A model generated the notes under the pieces. It was not told where the DNA came from. It was given only the letters and a program-made list of their open reading frames with translations, and did no database searches. Source: Opitutales bacterium (lineage in GTDB: Bacteria > Verrucomicrobiota > Verrucomicrobiia > Opitutales > UBA2987). Taken from it: 64,000 bases of DNA. The DNA lies in the NCBI GenBank assembly GCA_965226885.1, contig CBDDEL010000015.1, forward strand, positions 544,001 through 608,000, read 5' to 3'. Numbering within the stretch: the stretch's first letter is position 1; every line of letters begins with the position of its first letter. Below, one piece after another: positions 30,850-40,797 of this stretch. The translations under genes were made by a program, and so were the position numbers.

Positions 30850-32568
30850 ATGAATAATCAGGACAAGCAGCAGAAGCCGGGAGATGGCAAAAAACGCCGC
30901 ATTATCAATTGGAATCCCGAAGAGGACGAGGCAAGGCAAACCAAAGCGGAATCCCAAAACCGCGGCCTCATGTTTTTTTTGCCGGTATTTGCCGGGTTGT
31001 TGATTTTCGGCGTTCTGACCATTGCCGGTCTGAAATTTTTCACCAAGGGCCCACAGGAAGCGCCCGCCGGGAGCGGATCGGTCGATCCAGCGGCGGCCAA
31101 CACGGCAAATGGCGTGCAACAGAGATTTGTCAGCCCGCAGAGCGTGCAGAGGGAGATGGACCGGTTGAGGCTGGAAATCAGCGCCATCCGCAAAGTAACG
31201 GACGATCATCCGACCTTGATTAGAAACCTCGTGGCCATGGAAACCGCATTCGACATGGGGAACAAGAATTTTATGGCCGGCCAATATCGAGAGGCTATGG
31301 GATTGATGGAAGAGGTGGCGGCATTGATAACGGATCAGAGGGCCCTCATCACTCTGCAAATTGAAGCCAAGAACATCCACGACAATTTTCTCAATCTGAT
31401 CGAGGCGAGTGAATCCGGCCGCTCCCTGGCCCCGTTTGAATATGAGAAAGCCTCCACGATCGGCAGCGAAGCGGAGATCCAACTGTCCAACGGCGCTTTT
31501 TCCGAAGCCATCCTGTCCTTCAAAGCGGCTTTGAATTCGATTGGGGAAATGGACGACATTTTCAATACTCAACTTGCGGAAATGGAGTTGAGCAGCAAAA
31601 AGGCTTTGCAGAAGGGGGACAAAGAGGCCGCCCGTGAATATTTTCAGAAGATTCTGGAGATGCAGCCGGATAATGAATTGGCCCGGAGGAACATCAAACG
31701 CGCCGCCACTGTCGACCGTGTTCTACCCCTTTTGCGGGAAGCCAAAGAGAATGAAAAGAAGAAGCAATTTGAGGAGGCCCTGACGGCCTATGAGCGAGCC
31801 TTCCAACTCGACGCTTTTTCCGCCAAGGCCCAGCAGGGAAAATCGCGAGTGTCGAAAATTATCCGGGACAATCGGCTGGCCTACCTGCGGGCCACTACGA
31901 AGAAAGCGGAAGAAGAGAAAGACTGGGATGCCGCCATCGAGAATTACGAGGCCGCGGTAGAGGAATTTCCCGAAATCACTGAGTTTTCCGATGCCTTGGA
32001 GGTGGCTCGTGAAAAAGGCCATCAGGCCAAAATCGCCTCCGCCCTGGTTGAAGCCTATGCCCTCGAGGAGGAATACGATTGGACGCAGGCCCGCAATACC
32101 TTTCTCAGAGTGCTCGATCTGGACAACCAAAACGAGGAGGCGCTCGAAGGGTTGCGGCGCGATGGGGAATACCTGCGCAGTCTGCTCAGGTATGAAAAAT
32201 TCCTCACCGACGCCAGCGATTTTGCGGCCAGGGGGGAATTTCAGAAAGCTATCCGGGCTTTTAACGAAGGCATGATATCGAAACTATCCTACCTTACCCT
32301 GACCCCCGAATATCAGGATTTAAAAAGCACCTTGAGCGAACAGAGCCAGCCAGTGAGGATTAATTTTGTCTCCGATGGAAAAACCTGGGTGAGCATCGCG
32401 GGGTTCCAGATGATCGGAAAATTCGAGCAGCATCACCTGCGTATTTTACCCGGCAATTACCGCGTCCGGGGCCGGCGTAAGGGTTACCGCGATATCGTGC
32501 TGGAGGTAAGAATTCGCAATGACAGTAGTTTTGGCGACATTCAGATAATTTGCACCCAAAGGATTTAA
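30850..32568 (+). CDS. Membrane-anchored TPR-repeat protein with C-terminal PEGA-like domain
   Basis: One TM helix near aa 40-62, helical TPR-like repeats, C-terminal LPG.YRV.GRR.GYRD. Confidence 0.7.
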   Translation: MNNQDKQQKPGDGKKRRIINWNPEEDEARQTKAESQNRGLMFFLPVFAGLLIFGVLTIAGLKFFTKGPQEAPAGSGSVDPAAANTANGVQQRFVSPQSVQREMDRLRLEISAIRKVTDDHPTLIRNLVAMETAFDMGNKNFMAGQYREAMGLMEEVAALITDQRALITLQIEAKNIHDNFLNLIEASESGRSLAPFEYEKASTIGSEAEIQLSNGAFSEAILSFKAALNSIGEMDDIFNTQLAEMELSSKKALQKGDKEAAREYFQKILEMQPDNELARRNIKRAATVDRVLPLLREAKENEKKKQFEEALTAYERAFQLDAFSAKAQQGKSRVSKIIRDNRLAYLRATTKKAEEEKDWDAAIENYEAAVEEFPEITEFSDALEVAREKGHQAKIASALVEAYALEEEYDWTQARNTFLRVLDLDNQNEEALEGLRRDGEYLRSLLRYEKFLTDASDFAARGEFQKAIRAFNEGMISKLSYLTLTPEYQDLKSTLSEQSQPVRINFVSDGKTWVSIAGFQMIGKFEQHHLRILPGNYRVRGRRKGYRDIVLEVRIRNDSSFGDIQIICTQRI

Positions 32569-32696
32569 AAACGGGAAAACAAGTATTAGCAGGCGAAATA
32601 TCATTGCCGCATCCTCAGCGAACAGCGCCCTTTTTACCGTCATCATTTGAATTTTAAAAAAACGACCCACGCAACAATCTCCAAAGGATAAAGCAA

Positions 32697-33587
32697 ATGA
32701 GCAATTCACGAAAAAACACCCTAAGCAAAGCACTCCCCGCAATCGGCATTGCCTTTAGCGCGTTGATCTGGATGGGCGCTCCGAGCGTGTCGAGGGCGGC
32801 CGATCCCGATATATTTGACGGCGATTTGGTAATCCCGGACCCCGTGGTAAAATATGGTCTCAAGAAAATCCTCGAGAATATAAAAATCAAAATGCCGGGC
32901 CTACCCCAAATGGGCTCTCAGGGAAGTTCAGGTTCATCAGGAAGTTCAGGCGGCTCCATGGGTTCTTCCGGCGGTTCTGGGGGATTGCCGATGGGATCTT
33001 CCGGTTCCGGTGGCTCGCTCCCATCTTTGGGCAAGAGCGGTCAATCGGGAATTGGGATGCAAGACGGGGACAGCCTCGGCTTGGGCCAGGGAGATAACCA
33101 AGGTTTAGGCCAGAAAAAAGGTGATGGCCAGATGCCGGGCCAAGGCCAGGGTCAAGGCGAAGGGCAGATGGAGGGTCAAGGCGAAGGGCAGATGGAGGGT
33201 CAAGGCGAAGGGCAAATGCCGGGGCAAGGTCAGGGCAATGGTTTGGGCAATAACGGTTCGGAAGGAGGCATGATTGCGCAAGGCGACCAGGCAGGCGAAG
33301 GTCCCATGGGCGAAGGTTCCATGGGTAATGCCGATGCCGCAAATACAAGCGGCGACCAAAAAGGCGGCAGCCAGGGGATGAAAGGCGACAGCATGGGCGG
33401 CCACATAACCATTGGCGACGTTTCCGAAATGATTGAAATGGCCGGCGATCAAGGAGGCGATAGCGATTCAGGCAAAGCAGAAGGTGCCGAATCCGGAACA
33501 GCGAGCAAAGGGCCTCCCATGGCCGGAAAAAACCGTGGACGCGCCTCCGGCGTGGAAAGGGGTGAATCGATTCCTTCGGACCTTTAA
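32697..33587 (+). CDS. Secreted Gly/Ser/Gln/Met-rich low-complexity protein
   Basis: Signal peptide ending SRA-A, AAGGA RBS, GQGEGQME repeats. Confidence 0.75.
   Translation: MSNSRKNTLSKALPAIGIAFSALIWMGAPSVSRAADPDIFDGDLVIPDPVVKYGLKKILENIKIKMPGLPQMGSQGSSGSSGSSGGSMGSSGGSGGLPMGSSGSGGSLPSLGKSGQSGIGMQDGDSLGLGQGDNQGLGQKKGDGQMPGQGQGQGEGQMEGQGEGQMEGQGEGQMPGQGQGNGLGNNGSEGGMIAQGDQAGEGPMGEGSMGNADAANTSGDQKGGSQGMKGDSMGGHITIGDVSEMIEMAGDQGGDSDSGKAEGAESGTASKGPPMAGKNRGRASGVERGESIPSDL
33150..33218 (+). repeat. 24-bp coding tandem repeat, about 2.9 units (GQGEGQME)
   Basis: ggtcaaggcgaagggcagatggag twice plus a partial third unit. Confidence 0.9.
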
Positions 33588-33591
33588 ATAA

Positions 33592-34395
33592 ATGAATTTA
33601 ACTAAGATAAAAATGAAACACCTCTTTGGCCGCCTCTGGACATTCGCAGCCGTCTCCGTCTCTTTGTTTATGGCGTTCACCAGCCTGAACGCCAAATCTA
33701 TCGTTCTCCCGGTAGAAGCCATTGACGACACCGCCTCAATGAGCGCCGAAGAGTTCAACCAAAAACACCAGGGAATTGATGTCTCTGGTTATTATCCCGA
33801 CGATCCGGGCTACTATGTCGCCTACACCCATGAAAACCTGACCTATTATTTCGGCCCTCTGGACGAATACATCGAGGCGATCAACTGGAAGGATAAACTG
33901 GCCGCCGTGCGCGAAGAAGTCATTTACAAACGACCCACCCTCGGCAGCAGCGAAGTCGTCATTTACAACTTTAGCCTCGAAACCATCGAAGAGCACGGCC
34001 GCAATATGAAGCAAGAGGAGGAGGCTGGCCGTAACGGCTCATCCAGAGGTGAATTCGGGCAAATGACCGGGCAGTCGGGCCAAACCGGCGACCTAGGCCA
34101 GGAATCCGGCATTTTACTGCCCCAAGGCCAATCCGGCCAGCAGCAGGGCCAAAACGGCCAGCAGCAAGGGCAAATGGGCAGCCAATCGGGTAGTGGTCAG
34201 CAGGGTTCTCCCATTTTTCAGCTTCCGGGCAGCCAGCAAAGCCAACAATCGGGCCAAAGCGGCTCAAGCGGCAGTTCCAGCAGCAGCGGCGGTGGGTCTT
34301 CCGGCGGCGGCTCCAGTAGCAGTTCCGGCGGTGGAGGCGGGGGCGGTGGCAAACCCAGTTGGTGGCAAATTATCAAGGGCATCTTCGGCGGTTGA
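33592..34395 (+). CDS. Secreted protein with Gln/Gly/Ser-rich tail
   Basis: Signal peptide, about 110-aa globular part, Q/G/S tract, C-terminal KPSWWQIIKGIFGG. Confidence 0.75.
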   Translation: MNLTKIKMKHLFGRLWTFAAVSVSLFMAFTSLNAKSIVLPVEAIDDTASMSAEEFNQKHQGIDVSGYYPDDPGYYVAYTHENLTYYFGPLDEYIEAINWKDKLAAVREEVIYKRPTLGSSEVVIYNFSLETIEEHGRNMKQEEEAGRNGSSRGEFGQMTGQSGQTGDLGQESGILLPQGQSGQQQGQNGQQQGQMGSQSGSGQQGSPIFQLPGSQQSQQSGQSGSSGSSSSSGGGSSGGGSSSSSGGGGGGGGKPSWWQIIKGIFGG

Positions 34396-34404
34396 AACAA
34401 CCCT

Positions 34405-34929
34405 TTGCTCCAGCCCCATACGGGATTGGAGCGTTCCCCATACGTTTCGATGGTTGATTTATTCGATCTGGCCCAAGAGCAGGCGAAGCGCACTCAGGCC
34501 AGCTGCGATGATTGGCTGGTAGTTTTGAATAACGCCAAGTCTTGCCTGGCCAAATCCAGTTTCGGAGCCAGCGCCCAGCGTTCTTTGGCAGAGGCCAGCG
34601 CTTCGCCCCGTCAATTTCAGCTCATGGCGGACGCCTTGGCCGAACACAATTTAAGCGGTTCGGATGATAAAAAAGATGGCTGGCCTCTGTTGGTGGAAAA
34701 TGTCGATGAATCTCCCTATACCTTGAATGAATGGCTGGAAGCCTGGGAATTTTTCCACCATTGGCTGCAAAACCGGAATCGACGGGCAAGTTTTTCCAAT
34801 AGGCTCGGTTACCTGGCCTGTTGCGGCCAATACCTCGAAGGCAAGGCCATTTTTCCGGCATTCATCGTCCTGCTGGAAGAAATGCTGGAGGGGTACGGTT
34901 TCGAGGGTGATGAGACTGCCAACGCTTAA
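34405..34929 (+). CDS. Hypothetical protein
   Basis: Co-oriented ORF filling the gap; start uncertain (TTG 34405 or ATG 34450). Confidence 0.6.
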   Translation: MLQPHTGLERSPYVSMVDLFDLAQEQAKRTQASCDDWLVVLNNAKSCLAKSSFGASAQRSLAEASASPRQFQLMADALAEHNLSGSDDKKDGWPLLVENVDESPYTLNEWLEAWEFFHHWLQNRNRRASFSNRLGYLACCGQYLEGKAIFPAFIVLLEEMLEGYGFEGDETANA

Positions 34930-34962
34930 ATTATCGGATTATTCTATTAGCTAACCGAACAA

Positions 34963-37900
34963 TCATTTGACGAAGTCGCCTTGGGCGACAGATTTTCCTG
35001 CTAACCTCAAATGCTCTTGTGCTTTAGCGGATCCATAAGCTGCCCCGATACGAAGGAAAATAACTCGTAGATCATCCAACATCAGGTAAAGAGACGGTAT
35101 CAGGATCAAGGTGATGACGGTTGCAAAAAGAATGCCGAAGGCCAGGGACACGGCCATGGGGGCGAGAAACCGGGCCTGCAGGCTGCGCTCCATGAGCATG
35201 GGGGTGAGGCCCAAAAAAGTAGTCAGCGAAGTCAGCAGAATGGGCCTGAAACGCCGGATACCGGCCCAGCGAATGGCCTCGAATCGCGGCATACCCTCGT
35301 TTTCCCGGCGGGTGATGAAATCGACCATGACAAGGCTGTCGTTTACGACTACGCCGGTCAGGGCGACAATTCCGCAAAATGATAGAATGCTCAATGAAAG
35401 CCCCAGAACCAAATGCCCGAAAATCGCTCCCACAATCCCGAATGGGATGACCGCCATAATGATTAAAGGTTTGATGTAGGACCGCAGAGGCACCGCCATG
35501 AGGGCATAAATGATGATGAGGGCCAAAAAGAAGCCTTGCATGAGGCCACCCATGGTTTCCGCCTGCTCCCGGCTTTCTCCCTCCAAGGCATAACTCACCC
35601 CCGGATATTTGGCTAAAAGAGCGGGCATGAATTCTTTCGTAATTTCATTGATTACCACATGCGGTTCGATGGTATCCTTATCCACCGAGGCCCTCACGTT
35701 GACCACCCGTTTGCGGTTGATCCGTGTGATGCGGGAAAACCCGCGCCCCATCTTGGCTTCGGCCACCGAAGAAAAGGGCACTTCTTCCCCGGAAGGTGTG
35801 CGCACACGCATGTTTTCCAGGTCCCCCAATGAACGGCGTTCATCTTCGGGATAGCGGACCATGACCCGAACCTCGTCCTTGCCTCTCTGTATCCGCTGGG
35901 CCTCGGCCCCGTAAAAGCCCTGGCGAACCTGCCGGGCCAGATCGCTCAAGGTGAGTCCGAGTACTTCCGCCTCCGGCTTGATGGCCAATTGGATTTCCTG
36001 TTTTCCGCCACTGAAAGTGTCCTTAATATCGAATATCCCGTTAAAATCGGCCAGTCTGGCTTTGATTTCCTCGGCCGCGGCGTCGAGCTGGTCGAAATTG
36101 TCCCCTTCCAACTGAAAATCGATGGCCGCGGCGTCATAGCCGGTGGTCCCGGAAAAACTCAAATCGATGGCGCCCGCGATGGGGCCGACTTTTTCCCGCC
36201 AGCGATTGACCACCTCAATGGAATCGATCATGCGGTTTTCGCTCGGTTTTAATTCCACGAATAGGCGGCCCAGGGTTTCACCGGAAGACCAGGAAATGGT
36301 GTGCTCGATGATGGAACCATTTCCATCTCCGAATTCTTCGCGCATTTCGCGGTCCAATGCATGAATGGCCTGCTCCACCTTGTATGTGGCGGCTTCCGTC
36401 ACCGTGGCCGGTGTGCCCTCAGCCATTTCCACTGAGGCACGGATAAAATCGCTGGGAATATTGGGGAAAAAGACGTTGCGCACGATCCCGCTTTTGACCA
36501 CCCCCACACTCAGGATGATGCCCGCAAGAAATAGGGAGACGGTGGTGTAGCGATGGCGCAGGGAAAGTTCCAGAACGGGCCGATAGACCTTTTCCACAAA
36601 ATTCTCCAACCCGTGGCTGAAGCCCCTTTGAATGCGCATGAAAGGCCCCCAGCCCTCCTTCGGTTTTTCCTTGATCTTCATATGGGCCAGGTGAGCCGGT
36701 AGGATAAGCTTGGACTCGATGAGGGAGAAAAAGAGGCACAAAATCACCACCAGGGCGATTCCGGACCACATTTTTCCAGAAGGGCCCGGCACCATCAGCA
36801 TGGGCAGAAAAGCGGCGATCGTGGTGAGCACCCCAAAGGTGGCCGGCAGGGCGACTTCCTGGGCGCCTTTGATCACATTTTCAATGCCAGGCCCATCCTT
36901 TCGAATGGTGGTGTAAACATTTTCCCCGATAACGATGGCATCGTCCACCACGATGCCCAGAACGAGGATAAAACCGAAAAGGGTGATCATGTTGATGGAA
37001 ATGTCCACCAGGCCGGTCGGCATCAGCCAGATAGCGCCCAAAAAGCAAACCGGCAAACCCACCATAACCCAAAAGGCCACCCTTAAACGCAAAAACATGG
37101 CCAGGGAGATGAACACAAGGACACCGCCCAGGGCCATGTTTCTCAGCATCAGGTTGAGGCGCCCTTTCAGTAACCGCGAGGCGTCGGCCCAATAAGCCAG
37201 TGAAATGCCGGCCGGAAGCTCTTTGTTTTTTTTCTCGATATAGGTCCTCACCGCGGCGGCCACGGTAAGGGCATTTTGATTACCGACACGGTAAATACGT
37301 ATGCCAAGGCTGGGCTTGCCATCGAATTTGAAGAAGAAATCGGAGTCATCAAACCCGTCCACCACCCTGGCAATATCTCCCAGTAGCAGGCGCGTACCGT
37401 CTTCCTGTGTGAGCAGAACCAGTTGCTCAAACTCCCGGCCGACATAAGCCTGGCCCTTGGTTCGTAAAAGTATCTCGCCCCCCACCGTCTTGATGGAGCC
37501 GGCCGGCAAATCGAGGGAGGACTTGCGCACGGCCTGGACCACCTGGTCGAAAGTCAATCCGTATTGGCGAAGGGTAGATTCGGAGACCTCAATGGAGATT
37601 TCGTAAGCACGCACCCCGTCCATTTCCGCCTGGGTTACTTCCGGCAAGGCGGTAATTTCATCGCGCACCATTTTGCCGTATTCCTTCATCGTACGCTCAT
37701 CGACATCGCCATAAATCTGCACCCACATGACCTCGTTTTTCGTTGTCTGCTCGTAAATGACCGGCTTTTCCGTTTCCGCCGGAAATGTAGAAATGGCGTC
37801 CACCCGCAGCTTTATTTTATCAAGCATATCGAGCACTTCGTAGCCATTTGCGATTTCCACGTCCACCCGGCCACCTCCTTCATAAGCGCGCGAAGTAAGC

Positions 37901-38154
37901 CTTTTTACCCCCTCGAGGTCCTGCACGGCTTCTTCGATCTTGACGCAAACGCCTTCCTCGGCCTCCTGCGGGGCGGCCCCCCGATAAGACACCCGAATGG
38001 TAATCTGGTTGAGGGAAAACTCCGGAAAAAACTCTTTCTTGATCTGAATGGCGGAAATCAAGCCCATGACCATGATGCCGACCATGAGAAGGTTGGCCGC
38101 CACCCCGTTACGGGCAAACCAGGCGATGATGCCCTTGTGGGTATCGCCGCTCAT
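34963..38154 (-). CDS. RND efflux transporter permease (AcrB/AcrD/AcrF family)
   Basis: 1063 aa; GIVVDDAIVIGEN, GVVVNDS and RFRPILLTSLTT motifs. Confidence 0.96.
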   Translation of the reverse strand: MSGDTHKGIIAWFARNGVAANLLMVGIMVMGLISAIQIKKEFFPEFSLNQITIRVSYRGAAPQEAEEGVCVKIEEAVQDLEGVKRLTSRAYEGGGRVDVEIANGYEVLDMLDKIKLRVDAISTFPAETEKPVIYEQTTKNEVMWVQIYGDVDERTMKEYGKMVRDEITALPEVTQAEMDGVRAYEISIEVSESTLRQYGLTFDQVVQAVRKSSLDLPAGSIKTVGGEILLRTKGQAYVGREFEQLVLLTQEDGTRLLLGDIARVVDGFDDSDFFFKFDGKPSLGIRIYRVGNQNALTVAAAVRTYIEKKNKELPAGISLAYWADASRLLKGRLNLMLRNMALGGVLVFISLAMFLRLRVAFWVMVGLPVCFLGAIWLMPTGLVDISINMITLFGFILVLGIVVDDAIVIGENVYTTIRKDGPGIENVIKGAQEVALPATFGVLTTIAAFLPMLMVPGPSGKMWSGIALVVILCLFFSLIESKLILPAHLAHMKIKEKPKEGWGPFMRIQRGFSHGLENFVEKVYRPVLELSLRHRYTTVSLFLAGIILSVGVVKSGIVRNVFFPNIPSDFIRASVEMAEGTPATVTEAATYKVEQAIHALDREMREEFGDGNGSIIEHTISWSSGETLGRLFVELKPSENRMIDSIEVVNRWREKVGPIAGAIDLSFSGTTGYDAAAIDFQLEGDNFDQLDAAAEEIKARLADFNGIFDIKDTFSGGKQEIQLAIKPEAEVLGLTLSDLARQVRQGFYGAEAQRIQRGKDEVRVMVRYPEDERRSLGDLENMRVRTPSGEEVPFSSVAEAKMGRGFSRITRINRKRVVNVRASVDKDTIEPHVVINEITKEFMPALLAKYPGVSYALEGESREQAETMGGLMQGFFLALIIIYALMAVPLRSYIKPLIIMAVIPFGIVGAIFGHLVLGLSLSILSFCGIVALTGVVVNDSLVMVDFITRRENEGMPRFEAIRWAGIRRFRPILLTSLTTFLGLTPMLMERSLQARFLAPMAVSLAFGILFATVITLILIPSLYLMLDDLRVIFLRIGAAYGSAKAQEHLRLAGKSVAQGDFVK

Positions 38155-39422
38155 ATCTCCTCGTCCCCGTCCGGTTCTTCTGTGGAAACCACATTTTCCT
38201 CGAAAGCGGGGTCTTCGCCGCCGGCCTCGTCTGCGGCCATCTGCGTAGTTACCTTCATTCCGTCCACCACAAATTCCAGAGCGGTCAAGCAGACTTTATC
38301 GCCATCTTCGATACCGGCCCCGATGATAACATTTTCCGTATCGGTGCGAATCACTTCCACATCCCGGCCTTCCAGGGTATTTGCCGCATCGACCACCAGT
38401 ATGCGGTTATTCTGCCTCAGGACGTGGCGCGGCAGGATGACGGCATCTTCGACCGTTTTCCCCCGGATTTCAGCTTTCACAAACATGCCGATCTGGAGGG
38501 GTGGACGGGCGCTCCCCGCTTCCTGCCGGTAGGGATCTTGCACCTGGGCAACGGCGTAGATAACCCTGCTGCGAGGATCGACAACCCCTTCAGTCCTCAC
38601 AATGAGTCCATCCCAGGTGTAACGGTGGCCTCCGAAATCGGCCTCTAATTGAACATACAGGCTCGCTTTTTCCCCGTCGTTTCCCTGGTAGGCATAGGGA
38701 AGGTCCACATAGGGAATGTCATGGCTGGGGATGGGAAGCCTCACTTCCACATAGTTGATGGCAAATATTTTGGCCAGCATTATGCCGGGGGAAACAAATT
38801 GCCCGAGATCGGCATTCTTTTCTTTTACCATGCCCGCGTAGGGTGCCCGAATGTGTGTGCGTTCAAGATCGCGCCGGGCTTTTTCCAAGTCGGCTTCTGC
38901 CGATCTTACATTGGCCTCGGCATCGATTAACTGTGGCTTACGCAATACCAGCTCGGTGGCCTCGCCATTGCCCAGGTTCCCCCAGTCTTTGAGGGCCTGC
39001 TCCGATTGCGCTATTTCCTGGGAGAGGCTTAATTTAGCCTTGGCCAAAACGGATTCGGCGCGGACCAGGGCCACCTCGTAATCGCTCGAATCGATTTCCA
39101 CCAGCACGTCTCCCACTTCAAAAAAACCTCCCGCATAGAGGGAAGGCGAGATGGCGGTGATCTTTCCCGAGACTTGTGGAATTAAATCGGTTTCGGTGCG
39201 AGGTACCACCGTTCCCTGACTCTTGACAATGAACGTGACAGCCCTTTTTTCAGCTGTCACCACAGCGACAACGGTGGGCAGAATTTTGCGCGGTTCCTTT
39301 TCCGGTTTGGACTTGAAAAGTACCAAGTTATAAGTGCCCAGACCCGCAAAGAGCAGGATTACGATAGGCAGCGAAATTCGGTAATGCATCTTCATGGCAG
39401 AGGATTCCTTTGTTCCCAACAA
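38151..39422 (-). CDS. RND periplasmic adaptor (membrane fusion protein)
   Basis: PQVSGKI, IRAPYAG lipoyl motifs; 4-bp overlap with the permease gene; start may be ATG near 39394. Confidence 0.94.
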   Translation of the reverse strand: MLGTKESSAMKMHYRISLPIVILLFAGLGTYNLVLFKSKPEKEPRKILPTVVAVVTAEKRAVTFIVKSQGTVVPRTETDLIPQVSGKITAISPSLYAGGFFEVGDVLVEIDSSDYEVALVRAESVLAKAKLSLSQEIAQSEQALKDWGNLGNGEATELVLRKPQLIDAEANVRSAEADLEKARRDLERTHIRAPYAGMVKEKNADLGQFVSPGIMLAKIFAINYVEVRLPIPSHDIPYVDLPYAYQGNDGEKASLYVQLEADFGGHRYTWDGLIVRTEGVVDPRSRVIYAVAQVQDPYRQEAGSARPPLQIGMFVKAEIRGKTVEDAVILPRHVLRQNNRILVVDAANTLEGRDVEVIRTDTENVIIGAGIEDGDKVCLTALEFVVDGMKVTTQMAADEAGGEDPAFEENVVSTEEPDGDEEI

Positions 39423-39632
39423 TTGGGGCGGTTTTTTTTGAGACGCTGAAAAACGATAAAAAGTTTCAATTAATATTAAAGTAAAAGAAAGTCCGGCCAG
39501 ACGTCACATCAAACAATGTGCCTCAAAGTGGGAATAGTTTAGATTATTTCGATTGCTTCGCAAGCATTTCGGTGTTATCAATAATGGCTCTTTCTTCCTT
39601 ACGTCCTGCAGGGCGATCCTGCCAATACTACC

Positions 39633-40745
39633 GTGAACTTATGTTTCCCAACCCTGCTCCCTGGAAAAGCCGCCCATCGAATGGCAGCTGGCGCGGCCTT
39701 ATGGTTATTGGTTGCCGGATGCGTTGTTCCGGCCACCCGGCCCATGGTGGTCGATCAGGCAAAGCTCGAACGGGAGCGCTATCATCAACAGGCCATCGCC
39801 CTGGAAAGTCAGCTTTTTGACCAGATGCGGTTGCACCGGGTGGCCTTTCCCATCCTCCAGGCGGCGGTTCCTTTTACGAAGGAACGCACAAGGGCTTACC
39901 TCGGCCTTTATTATGCCAACAAATACTCGTTTTCAGAAAACTTCAGGGAATCTGCGGAAAAGCAGTTCGGGCTGGAGGAAAAACTTAAAGTCCTGGAGGT
40001 AATCCCCGATTCGCCAGCCGAGTTGTCCCATGTGGAAAAAGGAGACATTCTCCTCAAACTGAACGGGGAACAGGTTCCTTCCGGGAAAGATGCGGCCATC
40101 GGTTTTGCAAAAATTCTGCAGCATGACCTGGTGCCGGGAGCGGAGGTCTCGCTGACCGTTTTGAGGGATGGCGATCCGCTGGAACTGTCCATCACGCCGG
40201 CCGCCATTGCCGATTTTACGCTTTTGCTCAGCTCCAAACAAAGCGTCAACGCCAAAGCGACCGGAAAAAAAGTCGTCATCAACCGGGGAATGCTGCGGTT
40301 CGCGGAAACGGACACCGAGCTGGCCTATGTCCTCAGTCATGAAATCGCCCACAACGTAATGCGGCATGTGCGCGCGGTTATGGTCAATTACACATTAGGA
40401 ACCCTGGTCGATATCGGGGCGGCCAGCTTGGGGGTGATCACCGGCAATGCAGTCGGGGCCATGGCGGCTTATTCCAAGGCGCCCTCATTCGAGTCCGAGG
40501 CCGACTATGTGGGTCTATACATCATGGCCCGGAGCGGGCAGCCAGTGGAAGGGGCGGCCAACTTTTGGCGGCGCATAGCGGCAATCGATCCGGGCTCCAT
40601 CCGAAAGCGCATCCTGGCCACACATCCAGCCAGTCCCGAACGCTTTGTCGCCCTTGTAGACACTATCGAAGAGATTCAATTCAAAATAGCCGAGGGCCAG
40701 CCCCTCAATCCGGAGCTGCGAAAAAAACAGGCATCGCCGCCATAG
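39633..40745 (+). CDS. M48 family metallopeptidase with PDZ domain, probable lipoprotein
   Basis: VAGC lipobox, PDSPA...GD PDZ motif, HEIAH, ESEADY and THP motifs. Confidence 0.9.
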   Translation: MNLCFPTLLPGKAAHRMAAGAALWLLVAGCVVPATRPMVVDQAKLERERYHQQAIALESQLFDQMRLHRVAFPILQAAVPFTKERTRAYLGLYYANKYSFSENFRESAEKQFGLEEKLKVLEVIPDSPAELSHVEKGDILLKLNGEQVPSGKDAAIGFAKILQHDLVPGAEVSLTVLRDGDPLELSITPAAIADFTLLLSSKQSVNAKATGKKVVINRGMLRFAETDTELAYVLSHEIAHNVMRHVRAVMVNYTLGTLVDIGAASLGVITGNAVGAMAAYSKAPSFESEADYVGLYIMARSGQPVEGAANFWRRIAAIDPGSIRKRILATHPASPERFVALVDTIEEIQFKIAEGQPLNPELRKKQASPP

Positions 40746-40797
40746 ACACTGTTTTTTTTGAGACGAAAATTCAGGAACGGGTAGCGATACAACGCCA

